Part shown: positions 49,543 to 59,743 of the stretch, piece by piece
Layout: the number at the start of each line of letters is the position of its first letter
How positions within the stretch are numbered: the first letter of the stretch is position 1
Source of the DNA: an uncultured Bacteroidales bacterium
GTDB lineage: Bacteria > Bacteroidota > Bacteroidia > Bacteroidales > Bacteroidaceae
Direction: 5' to 3'
Length of the DNA stretch: 64,000 bases
NCBI GenBank assembly: GCA_946060685.1
Contig: CAMGOT010000001.1
Coordinates: forward strand, 62-64,061
The notes under the pieces: generated by a model
What the model saw: the letters and a program-made list of their open reading frames with translations, nothing else
Database searches by the model: none
Told to the model about the DNA's origin: nothing
Position numbers and translations under genes: made by a program

Positions 49543-50157
49543 CTAAAGCCTGTCTAAAGGCTGGCGTTCGGTGTGGGCAGAGGTTTTGGCTTGCTGCTGG
49601 TACTGTTTGGGGGAGATGCCCTCCTGTTGCTTGAATTGTGCGCTCAGATGGGCGGGACTGCTATAGCCCAGTTCGTAGGCTATCTCGCTGATGTTTTTCT
49701 CGCCATAGGAAAGTTCCTCTTTGATTTTCTCGATGCGTAGGTAGATGCTGTAGCGTTCGATGGTCATCCCCTTCTTCTCGCTGAAAAGTCGGCTGAGAGC
49801 AGAGTAGTCCTTGAGGAGCTTCTGCTGCAGAAAGGCGGAAAGCCGGGGATGCACGCCCTTTATCCCCACCCATTCCATGACTCCCAGCCGGATGCGCTCC
49901 ATCAGCGCATCGTCAGGGTCGCCCAGCAGGGAGAAGCCAATCGCCTCCAGCCGGCGGCCCAGGGCATCCAGTGTGGGGCCGTCGGGAGCCGATTCCAGGA
50001 CCACCTTCCCCAAGGTGATGTCGGTAAATGCCACATGGCATTCCTCCATGATTTGCCTGACGGCCATGATGCACCTCGGGCAAACCATGTTCTTGATGAA
50101 TAAGGTGTGGCGGGATGGAGTGGGCGTGAATGATGCCGGGCAGGATAAAGTGTTCAT
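49543..50157 (-). CDS. AraC family regulator with N-terminal HMA-like CxxC domain
   Basis: IKNMVCPRC; ISEIAYELGYSSPAHLSAQFK. Confidence 0.9.
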   Translation of the reverse strand: MNTLSCPASFTPTPSRHTLFIKNMVCPRCIMAVRQIMEECHVAFTDITLGKVVLESAPDGPTLDALGRRLEAIGFSLLGDPDDALMERIRLGVMEWVGIKGVHPRLSAFLQQKLLKDYSALSRLFSEKKGMTIERYSIYLRIEKIKEELSYGEKNISEIAYELGYSSPAHLSAQFKQQEGISPKQYQQQAKTSAHTERQPLDRL

Positions 50158-50250
50158 AGTGGGCTGTTTTTGAAGAGAGGAAGGATAGCGGGGAAATGGG
50201 GAGGGTAGGTGCTGCTGTTCCAGGGGGGACACCCATGTTCAGCGTAAGTA

Positions 50251-52023
50251 TCAGCGTATCAGATAGATTCCCTCCGGAGCATTCTCCAGATTCGGTACCC
50301 GACGTCCTAAGAGATCATATACGGTGGTGTGAGGGCCGACGGGCATACTGCCTCCATGGTGAAGAATGCGCTGGGGGGAACGTCGGGAGATGGCAGGAGA
50401 TGCCACACCGGCGAGGATGGACGATACATCGGCCGATTCTGCCGCAAGCACCTCGGCGCAACTGTTGCCCCATTCGTTTCCCCGGCCGACGAATGCCACC
50501 ACGCGGCAATGCTCCATGCGCCATTCCTCAGGAATGTCGAGATGGTAGGTGCGGCTGAAGTCGTTGCCGTCAATCGGTTCGCCCCAAGTGCCGGTGAGCA
50601 CTTTCCGCAGGACTTCTGCATGCCAGTAAGTGCCGGAAGCACCACGTTGGGTCTTGCTGGCGATGCTGTCTTCCACGATGCAGACATTCAGCCGGAGTCC
50701 GTCGGCATGTGGAGGTTCGAGCAATGGCGTGCCTTCGATGCAGAGGTCCAGCGTGCGGTGTTCACGGTCGGCTTCGGCATTCAGCACCAGGCTGAAGAAG
50801 GCTGGCAGTTCGCTCGCCTCGGCATATTGCTCCTTCAGTCCTGCCAGGGTGACTGACGTGATGGGGGTGTTGTCGCTGTAGATGGCAGGCAAGTTGGGCC
50901 GGAAGTTCGTGCGGTCGAACATCACGGCCGGGGCATACACCTTGTCGGTGGGATAGAACCACAGGTATTCCTCGCTCTCGGGGAGTGTGAACTTGTCGGT
51001 GAGAAATCCCGCATGATGTACGATTTCAATGATGTCGGTCCTGCCTTCGGCAAAGATGTCGATGCTCTTGTGTACCCCCGGGCAGTTCGTGCAATTTTCT
51101 GTGGAGAACACTTCCAGCAGTATTTTTCTTGGCACAAAACATGCGCTGCTGCGTACCTGCGATGTCCTCGAACGGTTGTCGGCCGGGCTGGCATCGGCAT
51201 TCCCGTTCACACGCTCCACCGTAAAGCAGAGTGGGGCAGTGGTCTCTCCCTCCGGTGCAGGCACCTCAAATTTGAAGGTTCCCTTTTCCCGTGGTCCTAC
51301 CTTCAGCCCCTCCACGCTGTTCTCTGCCCATTTCTCGCCGTCGAGCCATGTGGCGACGGTAAGGTCGGTGATGCTGGCCGTACCCAGGTTGATGAATTCC
51401 CCTCCGATGCGCATCGTCTGTCCCTGCCAGGCATATTGGGGCAGTCGTGAGGCAGCCATGACCGCATTTTCCGCTGGAAGGCGTTCGCCTTTCACGACGG
51501 CATAGAACGAAATGCTGAGGTCGGGCTTGTCCCATGTCCTCCATTCCTGATTCTGCTCCAGGGTATATTCGTGGCAGTCCATCAGCCTGCTGCTGTATTT
51601 CAGATACCGCATGCCTTTCACCTCATATCCCAGAATCAGCGGCCCATCGTCGGGGATGCGGAAGGGCTGTGGAGGCACAATGGTGTTCCATCCGCTCTTC
51701 TCGCCCGTGAGTGTCCATTCGGCCAGTGGAGTTTCGTCCACCCCTTTTGCCACGAACACCCTCAGGGAGTCTTTTCCCGTGGCACGGTCCAGATCGATGC
51801 GAAATTCCGTGATTTCGCAGCCCCGGAATGCCGCCATAGTGGCAGCGTCAAAACCTATCATTGCTCCTGAAGCCCCTTCCTCGGCAGCAGGCTGCATAAA
51901 AGTGGATTGGTTTTGGCTCCCTCCCAGAATGATGCGGTCAGCCTCGTCGGCCAAAGCCCCGAGGGGAAGGGGCAGAAGGAGGACTCCCGTCAGAAAGTGT
52001 CGGCAAGGAATATGGAATCTCAT
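50251..52023 (-). CDS. Omp28-related protein (thioredoxin-like CxxC) with T9SS C-terminal domain
   Basis: LLEVFSTENCTNCP, HHAGF, P..MFDR, LTGTWGE; VYDLLGRRV..GIYLIR. Confidence 0.8.
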   Translation of the reverse strand: MRFHIPCRHFLTGVLLLPLPLGALADEADRIILGGSQNQSTFMQPAAEEGASGAMIGFDAATMAAFRGCEITEFRIDLDRATGKDSLRVFVAKGVDETPLAEWTLTGEKSGWNTIVPPQPFRIPDDGPLILGYEVKGMRYLKYSSRLMDCHEYTLEQNQEWRTWDKPDLSISFYAVVKGERLPAENAVMAASRLPQYAWQGQTMRIGGEFINLGTASITDLTVATWLDGEKWAENSVEGLKVGPREKGTFKFEVPAPEGETTAPLCFTVERVNGNADASPADNRSRTSQVRSSACFVPRKILLEVFSTENCTNCPGVHKSIDIFAEGRTDIIEIVHHAGFLTDKFTLPESEEYLWFYPTDKVYAPAVMFDRTNFRPNLPAIYSDNTPITSVTLAGLKEQYAEASELPAFFSLVLNAEADREHRTLDLCIEGTPLLEPPHADGLRLNVCIVEDSIASKTQRGASGTYWHAEVLRKVLTGTWGEPIDGNDFSRTYHLDIPEEWRMEHCRVVAFVGRGNEWGNSCAEVLAAESADVSSILAGVASPAISRRSPQRILHHGGSMPVGPHTTVYDLLGRRVPNLENAPEGIYLIR

Positions 52024-52050
52024 AGGATTAACGATGATGTAATCAATTGG

Positions 52051-52144
52051 GAATGAGGAATGAGGAGTTAAGAATGAGGAATGAGGAATTAGGAGTAGGA
52101 GGAAACCGGATGGTCAATTCCTAATACCTAATTTCTCATTCCTG
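52051..52144. repeat. heptamer array (GAATGAG-like x7) plus inverted array (ATTCCTA-like x4)
   Basis: Read directly: 52051-52099 and 52117-52144. Confidence 0.85.
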
Positions 52145-52180
52145 ATTAAAAAAGTCAATTCTTGATTGAAAGAAAGTCTA

Positions 52181-53578
52181 TCAGCGTGTGAACTTGAAGG
52201 TCTTGATGTTGCCCTTCGTAGCTACGCTGACCATGTATACGCCCTTAGGCAGACGGTCGAGGTCGAAGGTCGCTCCCTGACCACCCTTTGCCATGATTTT
52301 TCCCGAGGCATCCACGATGGTTGCAGCATCGTAGCGTCCCTCAACGATGAGGGTGTTTCCCTTCACGTCGATGTCAACCTTTGCCGTCTCGGGAGTCACG
52401 CGCGAGATGCCCACCACAAATTCCTTGTCGGCCATGAGAGCAGGGCTTTCGGTCTGTCCGAAACCGAGGTCGATGACCACTCCACCGGCCACCACGTTGC
52501 CGTCGTGGCTACAGCAGAGAGGCTGTAGCGGGAGTCCCATGTTGAGACCGAAGCGATCGCCGGTGTTGGAGCCGCAGGATGCAAATTCATCGATGTAGAT
52601 CAGTTCGTTGTCAGGGGTGAAGATGAAGTTGAGCATCTGCAGGTTTTCCGTCTGATAGTAGCCATAGACATTGTTGTCGGCATCGACCGATGTGCATTGT
52701 CCGCCGTTGAAGTTCACGGCATGCGTGGGGTTTCCGTCTTCATCGTAGGCAGCCTCTTCGCCGCAGTCGAAAATCTGTATGAGCTGTCCGTTCTTGATGA
52801 CCACGGGGTTTGAGCCTCCGCAGCCTGCCTCGTTCATACCGCAGATGATACTGCCGTCGTCGCTGATGTCGTAGACCATGAAAGTGGAGAGATTCACGGA
52901 GTCGGGAATCTCCTTGAGGTCGCCATTGTCATAGCGCAGGCTGTTCTTGTAGATTTCATCGAGCATGGTGATTTCATATTCGCCCGAAGTTTCGTTGAGG
53001 GTCCAGAGGATGGGAGCGTGTACGGAGCGTTCGAGGAGTCCCCAAGGGCTGTCCTTGTAGCCTCGTGTAAGATAGATGTGTCCGGCGATATACTTTCCGT
53101 CGTTGCTCACCGCACGTGCTTCATTGATATTGTAGATGTTCTCCGTGCCATAGTATTCGGATGCAGTCTCCGGCAGCGGCAGTGCCGTCCATTTTCCGTC
53201 GGGCGTGTAGATGCCGGGATAGCAGTATCCCATTTCGCCTTCTTCTGCCATTTCAAAACTTCCCACGAACATACCGCCGTCCGTCACGTCGCGAAGCGAA
53301 TAGCGCGTTTCCACGCCATCGTTGATGAAGTGCAGATTGTCGGCATCCTGGGCATCCCAATAGAAGCAAATGCCCGTGTCGACCAAATCGTCGCATCCTG
53401 CTGCATATCGTCCGTTCGAGGATACGTGATAGAATACTCCGATAGCAGGATATTCATCGCCGTAACTGTCGGACCAATAGGTTTCGGAAAAGTCATACTT
53501 CGTGTAGTTCTTGCTGCTTTGGGCATAGGTAGCCATCGAAGCAACCATCATCGCTGAAAAGAGTAAAATTTTTTTCAT
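52181..53578 (-). CDS. T9SS-secreted acidic beta-propeller-like protein
   Basis: Signal peptide; repeated (V/I)SxDGxxxxG motifs; C-terminal IVDASGK..LPKGVYMV..KF. Confidence 0.75.
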   Translation of the reverse strand: MKKILLFSAMMVASMATYAQSSKNYTKYDFSETYWSDSYGDEYPAIGVFYHVSSNGRYAAGCDDLVDTGICFYWDAQDADNLHFINDGVETRYSLRDVTDGGMFVGSFEMAEEGEMGYCYPGIYTPDGKWTALPLPETASEYYGTENIYNINEARAVSNDGKYIAGHIYLTRGYKDSPWGLLERSVHAPILWTLNETSGEYEITMLDEIYKNSLRYDNGDLKEIPDSVNLSTFMVYDISDDGSIICGMNEAGCGGSNPVVIKNGQLIQIFDCGEEAAYDEDGNPTHAVNFNGGQCTSVDADNNVYGYYQTENLQMLNFIFTPDNELIYIDEFASCGSNTGDRFGLNMGLPLQPLCCSHDGNVVAGGVVIDLGFGQTESPALMADKEFVVGISRVTPETAKVDIDVKGNTLIVEGRYDAATIVDASGKIMAKGGQGATFDLDRLPKGVYMVSVATKGNIKTFKFTR

Positions 53579-53958
53579 GATACGTATTGCATGATATGTT
53601 TTGTAAGTGAAACAAAAATAGTTAGTTGCTGGTCTGTGTGTTTAGTTTGCGCCATCAAAATTCAAAACGTTTTTCGTAACGGTACTGAAGGCCGAAGTGC
53701 TAAAAGCGAGAAACTTCTGCAAAGGTACGCCCTTTTTTCATATCCTGCAAGTTTTGGGATGAGGAAAGGGGTGTTTAGGGAACGAAGCGGCTCTTAATGC
53801 CAGATAACGTGAGTCCTGGAGAGAGAAAGAGCCGGGGCAGTACGGAAATCTCCTCTTTCCGGCACAAAGAAAAGAAGCGCTACAGACTTGACTCCGACAA
53901 CCGCAGTGTTCAATGTGCAGGCGTTTGCCGTAGCGGCAGCTTGTAAGTCGTCGGACAT

Positions 53959-53990
53959 TTTGCACAGGAACGTACAATTCCGTAATTTTG
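53959..53990 (+). promoter_or_regulatory. complete sigma-ABfr promoter TTTG-N20-TAATTTTG for nhaC
   Basis: Both -33 and -7 boxes at consensus spacing. Confidence 0.7.
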
Positions 53991-54052
53991 TACCTCTAAT
54001 TTGTACTTCCAAGCCATAGTATAAACGCATCCACACAAAAACAGAACGACTC

Positions 54053-55510
54053 ATGATGCACCACAACTCCCAGCCCACATCCCCCAACCCTCCCGTATGG
54101 ATCAGTGCCATTCCATTGTTGGCCCTGATTGTTCTGCTTTCCTTCACCATCTCCGTGTTTGGCAGCGATGCCCTTTCGGGCCCCTCGCAGATAGCCTTGC
54201 TCACATCGTCGGCCATTTGTGTGGTGCTCGGCATGACTTGCTGCGGAGTGCGCTGGACAGACATCGAGCAGAGCATCGAGCACAAAGTCCGCGAGACTAC
54301 CGTGTCCATCTATATCCTCCTCGTCATCGGTATGCTGTCGGGAGCATGGATGATCAGCGGCATTGTCCCCACGCTGATTTATTATGGCATACAGATACTG
54401 CATCCCTCGCTGTTTCTCGTTTCGTCCTGCCTGATCAGTGCCGTTGTTGCCGTGATGACGGGTTCCTCGTGGACCACCATCGCCACCATTGGTCTTGCCC
54501 TGCTCGGAATTGGCCGTGCCCTTGGCTTCGACGACGGCTGGACGGCCGGAGCCATCATTTCCGGAGCTTATTTCGGCGATAAGGTGTCGCCCCTGAGCGA
54601 TACCACGGTGCTGGCAGCATCCACCAGTGGGACATCCCTGTTCCGGCACATCAAGTACATGATGCTCACCACGGGCCCTACGATGTGCATCACGCTCGGA
54701 CTTTTCCTTACGGCAGGTTTCATGATGGACTCGGGGCTGGATACGGATACTACGGCATTCGTCTCCGCACTCGACCGCACCTTCACGCTCACCCCCTGGC
54801 TGTTGGTCGTCCCCTTCCTGACGGGAGTACTCATCTTCCGGCGTATGCCATCATTGATCGTGCTTTTCAGTTCGGCGGTGATGGCCGTGGTGATGGCAAT
54901 GATTTTCCAGCCGGACATTCTGATGCAAGTGGCTGAGGCCGATGCTCCCGGGGCGCGCGCCATGTTCAAGGGTGTGGTGCTGACACTTTGCAGTTCAACC
55001 AACGTGAGCACGGGAGTTCCTCTGCTGGACCAGCTGGTGTCCACCCGAGGGATGGGAGGCATGCTCGATACCATCTGGCTCATCCTCTCTGCCATGATTT
55101 TCGGTGGTGCGCTCACGGCATGCGGTATGCTTCGGAGTTTTCTCAGAGCCGTGGCACGCAGGATGGTGCGTACACGTGTGGGACTGGTGTCGGCCACGGT
55201 GCTGAATGGGGTGGGAATGAATGTGATGACGGGCGACCAGTACATCTCCATCATCCTGACCGCCAACATGTTTCGTGAGGAATATGAGCGTCAGGGCTAT
55301 GAGTCGAGGCTGCTCTCGCGTTCGTGCGAGGATGGTGCCACGGTGACTTCCGTTCTCATCCCCTGGAACACCTGCGGCATGACGCAGAGTACGGTGCTCG
55401 GTGTGGCCACACTCACCTATCTGCCCTTCTGCTTCTTCTGCTATCTCTCGCCCCTCATGTCGATATTCCATGCTGCCATAGGAATTAAAATCAGAAAACT
55501 GAGGAGTTGA
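54053..55510 (+). CDS. nhaC: NhaC family Na+/H+ antiporter
   Basis: TGSSWTT, ISGAYFGDKVSPLSDTT, LSRSCED, LIPWNTCG. Confidence 0.9.
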   Translation: MMHHNSQPTSPNPPVWISAIPLLALIVLLSFTISVFGSDALSGPSQIALLTSSAICVVLGMTCCGVRWTDIEQSIEHKVRETTVSIYILLVIGMLSGAWMISGIVPTLIYYGIQILHPSLFLVSSCLISAVVAVMTGSSWTTIATIGLALLGIGRALGFDDGWTAGAIISGAYFGDKVSPLSDTTVLAASTSGTSLFRHIKYMMLTTGPTMCITLGLFLTAGFMMDSGLDTDTTAFVSALDRTFTLTPWLLVVPFLTGVLIFRRMPSLIVLFSSAVMAVVMAMIFQPDILMQVAEADAPGARAMFKGVVLTLCSSTNVSTGVPLLDQLVSTRGMGGMLDTIWLILSAMIFGGALTACGMLRSFLRAVARRMVRTRVGLVSATVLNGVGMNVMTGDQYISIILTANMFREEYERQGYESRLLSRSCEDGATVTSVLIPWNTCGMTQSTVLGVATLTYLPFCFFCYLSPLMSIFHAAIGIKIRKLRS

Positions 55511-55805
55511 TGAAGTAAGTGGGCAAAGCTATTGAAATAAGTGAGCAAGTAGGTAATGAAAATGATTTTTATGTTTGAATGCACTGTTTGGATGCAGGTT
55601 TTAGGCTTGAAATAAAGGAGCATGACGCGGGCCATGTGACTGTCTTCAAGGCTAAAAGATGCGCCAAAGAGAGCGTTCAAACATACAAGCCATAATAATT
55701 GCCTACTATATTTACTATAAAATGATTTTTATTACCTACTTGATGAAAAAATTTTGATAGTGATATTCATTCTCATGACGCTGCTTTTCATCTCATAGTG
55801 ACCAC

Positions 55806-55842
55806 TTTGAGGGGTGAAAATAGTCATTTTGAGGGGTGAAAA
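55806..55842. repeat. direct repeat TTTGAGGGGTGAAAA x2, 22-bp period
   Basis: 55806-55820 and 55828-55842 in an AT-rich spacer. Confidence 0.8.
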
Positions 55843-55942
55843 CGAACACATTTATCAAACAAGCATTAACACAATAAGAAACAAACCCTGTAAGGCGGGC
55901 GATTCAAACATCCACCAATTCTAATTCTCTCTATTTATTATC

Positions 55943-56992
55943 ATGAGACACGGGTTGCTATTCTTCTTTTTCTGCTTTGCCCTTCTGCTCAACGCCCAGC
56001 CACGGCTGTGGGACATGGGCGAATTGGAGCAGATGTGCCAAGATGCGGAGCATGCAGAGCGCAGATATATTTTGAAGCAGGCTGAGGCTGCGGTAGGGAG
56101 TCAGCCCGTGGCGGTGACGGATAAGGCGGTCGCACGGTCGGGCGATAAGCATAATTTTGAGAGTCTGAGTCCCTATTGGTGGCCAGACCCTGAAAATCCC
56201 GGTGGCCCCTATAAGGTGAAAGATGGGCAGTTCACCCCTGAATACAAGGCGTACGACTTGCCCAGGATGTCTGCCCTCAATCAGCGCACGCACTATCTGG
56301 CAAAGGCGTATTACATCACTCGCGACGAACGCTATCGCAAGGCGTTTCTGCAGCAGATTGATGTGTGGTTTCTGGACAGGCAGACGCGCATGAATCCCCA
56401 CTTCGAGTATGCGCAGTTCATTCCTGGGCGCAACGATGGCAGGGGGGCGGCAGCAGGAAATGATTGATGCTACAATTTCATAGATGTGCTGGAGAGCGTG
56501 CGGCCTATAGGGCGGAAACGCTGGAGGCTGTTGCAGGCTTGGTTTGGAGACTTTGCCGTATGGATGCAGCAGAGCGCGATGGGGCAGACGGCGCAGAACT
56601 TCGACCACAACATCGGAACTGCCTACGATATTTTGCTCTGCTATCTATCTGATTTCACGGGCGATGCAGCGACGGCACGCCGTGTGGCTGAAAATTTTGA
56701 GGAGAAGCGCATCAATGCCCAGATTGAGGCCGACTGCACACAGCCTATACAGTTGCGGAGAACCAAGGTGTTCAGTTATTCCGTTTCCAATCTGCAGCAT
56801 ATCATGGATATGTGTGTGTTACAAAAAAAAGTGCCTTCCCTTGTGAGAAAGGCACTTGAACATCTGTCGAAATATATTGGCAAAGCGGAATCGTTCCCGC
56901 ATCAGGAGATTGGCGATTGGCAACAGGCGGAGCGGAAGCTCATCGCCAATATCCGGCGCGCCAATCAGTTGGGGTGTGACATAAGGTATTGA
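55943..56992 (+). pseudogene. alginate lyase family (PF05426-like) protein interrupted by an in-frame TGA at 56465-56467
   Basis: SLSPYWWPDP, TRMNPHFEYAQFIPG, HNIGT, RRTKVFSYSVSNL; both ORF halves are in the same frame. Confidence 0.8.
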
Positions 56993-57012
56993 TGTGGGAG
57001 AGGCTACGTGGG

Positions 57013-57909
57013 TTATACGGGAAGTTTCAGCCATTCGCCAATTTTTGCATCCCATTCATGAGGCTGGAATGGCAGGAGACCGGCGTTGTTAAAGAATGTG
57101 AGCTCGCCGAAATAGATTTTTCCGTTTACATTGTACAGATCCACCCGAACGTGTCGGAATCCTTGCGACAACTGTCGGGCAATGTCTATCATTTGGTCAA
57201 AGTTCTTGGGCTTCGCCAGCTTCTTCTTGCTGGTGGGATAGGACTGACGGAAGGGGAGATGATTGAAATCCAAGTCGAAAAAATCAAATTTCGTAGCCTT
57301 TCCTCGTTCTGATGCCACGTAGAGCATTTTCACTTCACCGTCGAAGCAGAAGAATTTATAGTCTTTCAGTTCCGTGCCAGACTCATCTACAAGGAACTGT
57401 TCTGCCAGAATGCGCTTTGGAACGTTGCGATAAGGATATTCCCGGCCGCAATAATAATAGTTGCGCTTCAGGCATCGGTTGATTTTCCGTCGTGCGGCAT
57501 CAATGTCAAGTTGCGACTTATCGCGACAAATGACGATACCCTGACTGTCGTGTGAGCACTTGAGGACAAAACGATTGGGAAGTTTGTCGAAGTCGATATC
57601 GTCGAAGCGTTCCCATACGCCCAAGGTAGGGATGATGTGGCTGTCGCTGATGATGCTCGCCACATATTCTTTAGCTTGCACCTTGTCCACCAGTTTGGTG
57701 TATTCCTCATGCTGCTCATTCAGCTTGAGCCACTGCAACTTTTCGCTGTAGGTACGCGGATGGTCAAGGTGGAGCACCCTTCCGTTCATACTCAGGAAAT
57801 ATGCGACCTTGAGATAGAGTCTGTCGTCTGTGATAAAGCGTGAAAGACCGTGTTTCCATATCACGCCTGCCACCCAAAAGGGGTTGAATATAAGAGATTT
57901 AGACCTCAT
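57013..57909 (-). CDS. TupA-like ATP-grasp amidoligase
   Basis: PRTYSEKLQWLK, VDK, FVLKCSHDS, DYKFFCFDG, RVDLY..FGELTF. Confidence 0.9.
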   Translation of the reverse strand: MRSKSLIFNPFWVAGVIWKHGLSRFITDDRLYLKVAYFLSMNGRVLHLDHPRTYSEKLQWLKLNEQHEEYTKLVDKVQAKEYVASIISDSHIIPTLGVWERFDDIDFDKLPNRFVLKCSHDSQGIVICRDKSQLDIDAARRKINRCLKRNYYYCGREYPYRNVPKRILAEQFLVDESGTELKDYKFFCFDGEVKMLYVASERGKATKFDFFDLDFNHLPFRQSYPTSKKKLAKPKNFDQMIDIARQLSQGFRHVRVDLYNVNGKIYFGELTFFNNAGLLPFQPHEWDAKIGEWLKLPV

Positions 57910-57947
57910 TGGTAGTTGTGACAAATTGTTTAGTTCTAACAAATTAT

Positions 57948-58769
57948 TTAGTTGTAACAAAATAACCGTTTGGTGAATCCTGCCAGGATGCGCGTTGCAA
58001 AGAAAAGAGGATTATAGCGAAACGGATGTTGCAGATAGACTCTGGTGTATGCCCAAGCCAAACTCAAGGCATTGGCCAGCAAGTGGGCGAATGTCTGGCG
58101 ACTGTCTGCGTGTGAGGCAGAATTGGTGCGCAGCCTCCTGTAGTAAATGGCATCGGGGGCAGCCGTGGCAACAGATGAAAATCCATCCGTAAGGGTAGCC
58201 ATGAATAAGGCGTCTTCTCCCAACTGGTATTTCGTGTTGAAGCATCGTCCGCCAATCACCTTTCGTGGGATAAGTTTGAAGCAGGACGATGACAGGAAGC
58301 TGCGTCCCTGTAGCAGACTTGCCTCGCCGCCAGCAGTGTGAATGCGGTTGAAGAGTCGGGCCAGATAATAGTCAGGGATATATTCGCCCGTTTCATCGCG
58401 ATAGCCGATGACGTTGGAGGTGACAACTGTAGGCTTCTGCTGCGAGGCGCGTTCGAGCAGGCTTTGTAGGTAAGGCTCGCTGACCCAGTCATCATCGTCG
58501 ATGAACGTAAGAAATTCCCCTTTGGCGCAGTCGATGCCCATGTTTCTCGCATGACTTACACCGGGCGTTTCGGTATGAATGAGCACGGTGTTCATGGTGA
58601 ATTGCCGCAGCCATGCCTTCACCTGTCCCAGCCAAGGCTCGCCGCATCCGTTCAGAACGATGATGACCTCGTAGTGCTGCTTGTTTAAAGTCTGCCTTTC
58701 CAACGATTGCAGACATTCTTCCAGATAATGCTGAGGCTTGTAAGTGGGGACGACGACGGAGATTTTCAT
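57948..58769 (-). CDS. GT2 glycosyltransferase
   Basis: ISVVVPTY, GVSHARN, FIDDDD, GEDALF. Confidence 0.9.
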   Translation of the reverse strand: MKISVVVPTYKPQHYLEECLQSLERQTLNKQHYEVIIVLNGCGEPWLGQVKAWLRQFTMNTVLIHTETPGVSHARNMGIDCAKGEFLTFIDDDDWVSEPYLQSLLERASQQKPTVVTSNVIGYRDETGEYIPDYYLARLFNRIHTAGGEASLLQGRSFLSSSCFKLIPRKVIGGRCFNTKYQLGEDALFMATLTDGFSSVATAAPDAIYYRRLRTNSASHADSRQTFAHLLANALSLAWAYTRVYLQHPFRYNPLFFATRILAGFTKRLFCYN

Positions 58770-58811
58770 GAGGTTGAAGGAGAAACGGGATTTTGATGGA
58801 GCGACGAGGTT

Positions 58812-59732
58812 TTAATACAGACCGCGACGACGATTGATAAACAGGTAGATAGAAGGGCAATAGCGCCGAATTTTATGGAGCATCCAGGTGACGGGGTACT
58901 TCTTTGGGTTGTGTCGCTTCACGAAGACGAGGTAATCGTGTTCACGATGGAGCGGATTGTCGAGGTAGGCGATGCGTTCTTTCAGCGTCATGTGCCTCAG
59001 TTTCTCGCAGATATCAGCATCAGATGTATGGTCAAATTCGCACGTACCACATACGTTTGCCGTGATGAGTGCGGGGAATCCCGCCTTGCGCACTACGAGG
59101 CTATAGTCGAAGTCGGGACCGCTGTGTATATATCCATCGTAGAAAATGCCTACCCTATCTACCACCTGACGCGAAACGAGGAGGATGTTGGCATTCGTCT
59201 TATCTACCATCTGCGGCTGCCCCGTAGGTTTCAGTTCGCGAATCTTGCTGCGAGAGGCATTTTCATAGACGCCGCCGCCGTATGTGATAAGGCTTTCATC
59301 GTTCGGGTCGCAGGTGACACCGCTGTATATGCCCGCCATGCCATAAGTTTGCAGCGAGAAAGCATGGGCAGCATAGAGTTCCTTGAAGACATTGTCCTTC
59401 ACGAAGGAATCATCGTTGAGGAGCAGATAGAAATCGTAGGCATCGCGTTGCTTCAATGCTTCCTTCCAAGCGAAAATCATGCCGCCAGCCCAGTAGAGCG
59501 AGCCTGTTCCTTGCAGGATATGAATGTCTTTGTCAGGAAACTGATTGCGGACAGCTTCTGCCGTACCATCTGTGCAGCCATCGTCCGTCAGGTAAACCGT
59601 CAGAGCCGTCGTATCGTCTTGCGATAGGGCATGATAGAGATGTCGCAGGCAACTGAGGGTTTTTTCCCTGCGGTTGAAGCAGGTGAGTATGGCTGCAATG
59701 TGTATGTGGTGGGATGTTGTGTGTGTCACCAT
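58812..59732 (-). CDS. GT2 glycosyltransferase
   Basis: LTCFNRR, DDGCTDGT, YWAGGM, LLNDD. Confidence 0.9.
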   Translation of the reverse strand: MVTHTTSHHIHIAAILTCFNRREKTLSCLRHLYHALSQDDTTALTVYLTDDGCTDGTAEAVRNQFPDKDIHILQGTGSLYWAGGMIFAWKEALKQRDAYDFYLLLNDDSFVKDNVFKELYAAHAFSLQTYGMAGIYSGVTCDPNDESLITYGGGVYENASRSKIRELKPTGQPQMVDKTNANILLVSRQVVDRVGIFYDGYIHSGPDFDYSLVVRKAGFPALITANVCGTCEFDHTSDADICEKLRHMTLKERIAYLDNPLHREHDYLVFVKRHNPKKYPVTWMLHKIRRYCPSIYLFINRRRGLY

Positions 59733-59743
59733 TTTCTATGTTG

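Noticed and set aside
56465-56467. Selenocysteine or TGA recoding
   Set aside because: Other genes use TGA as stop; a two-indel explanation restores the family motif
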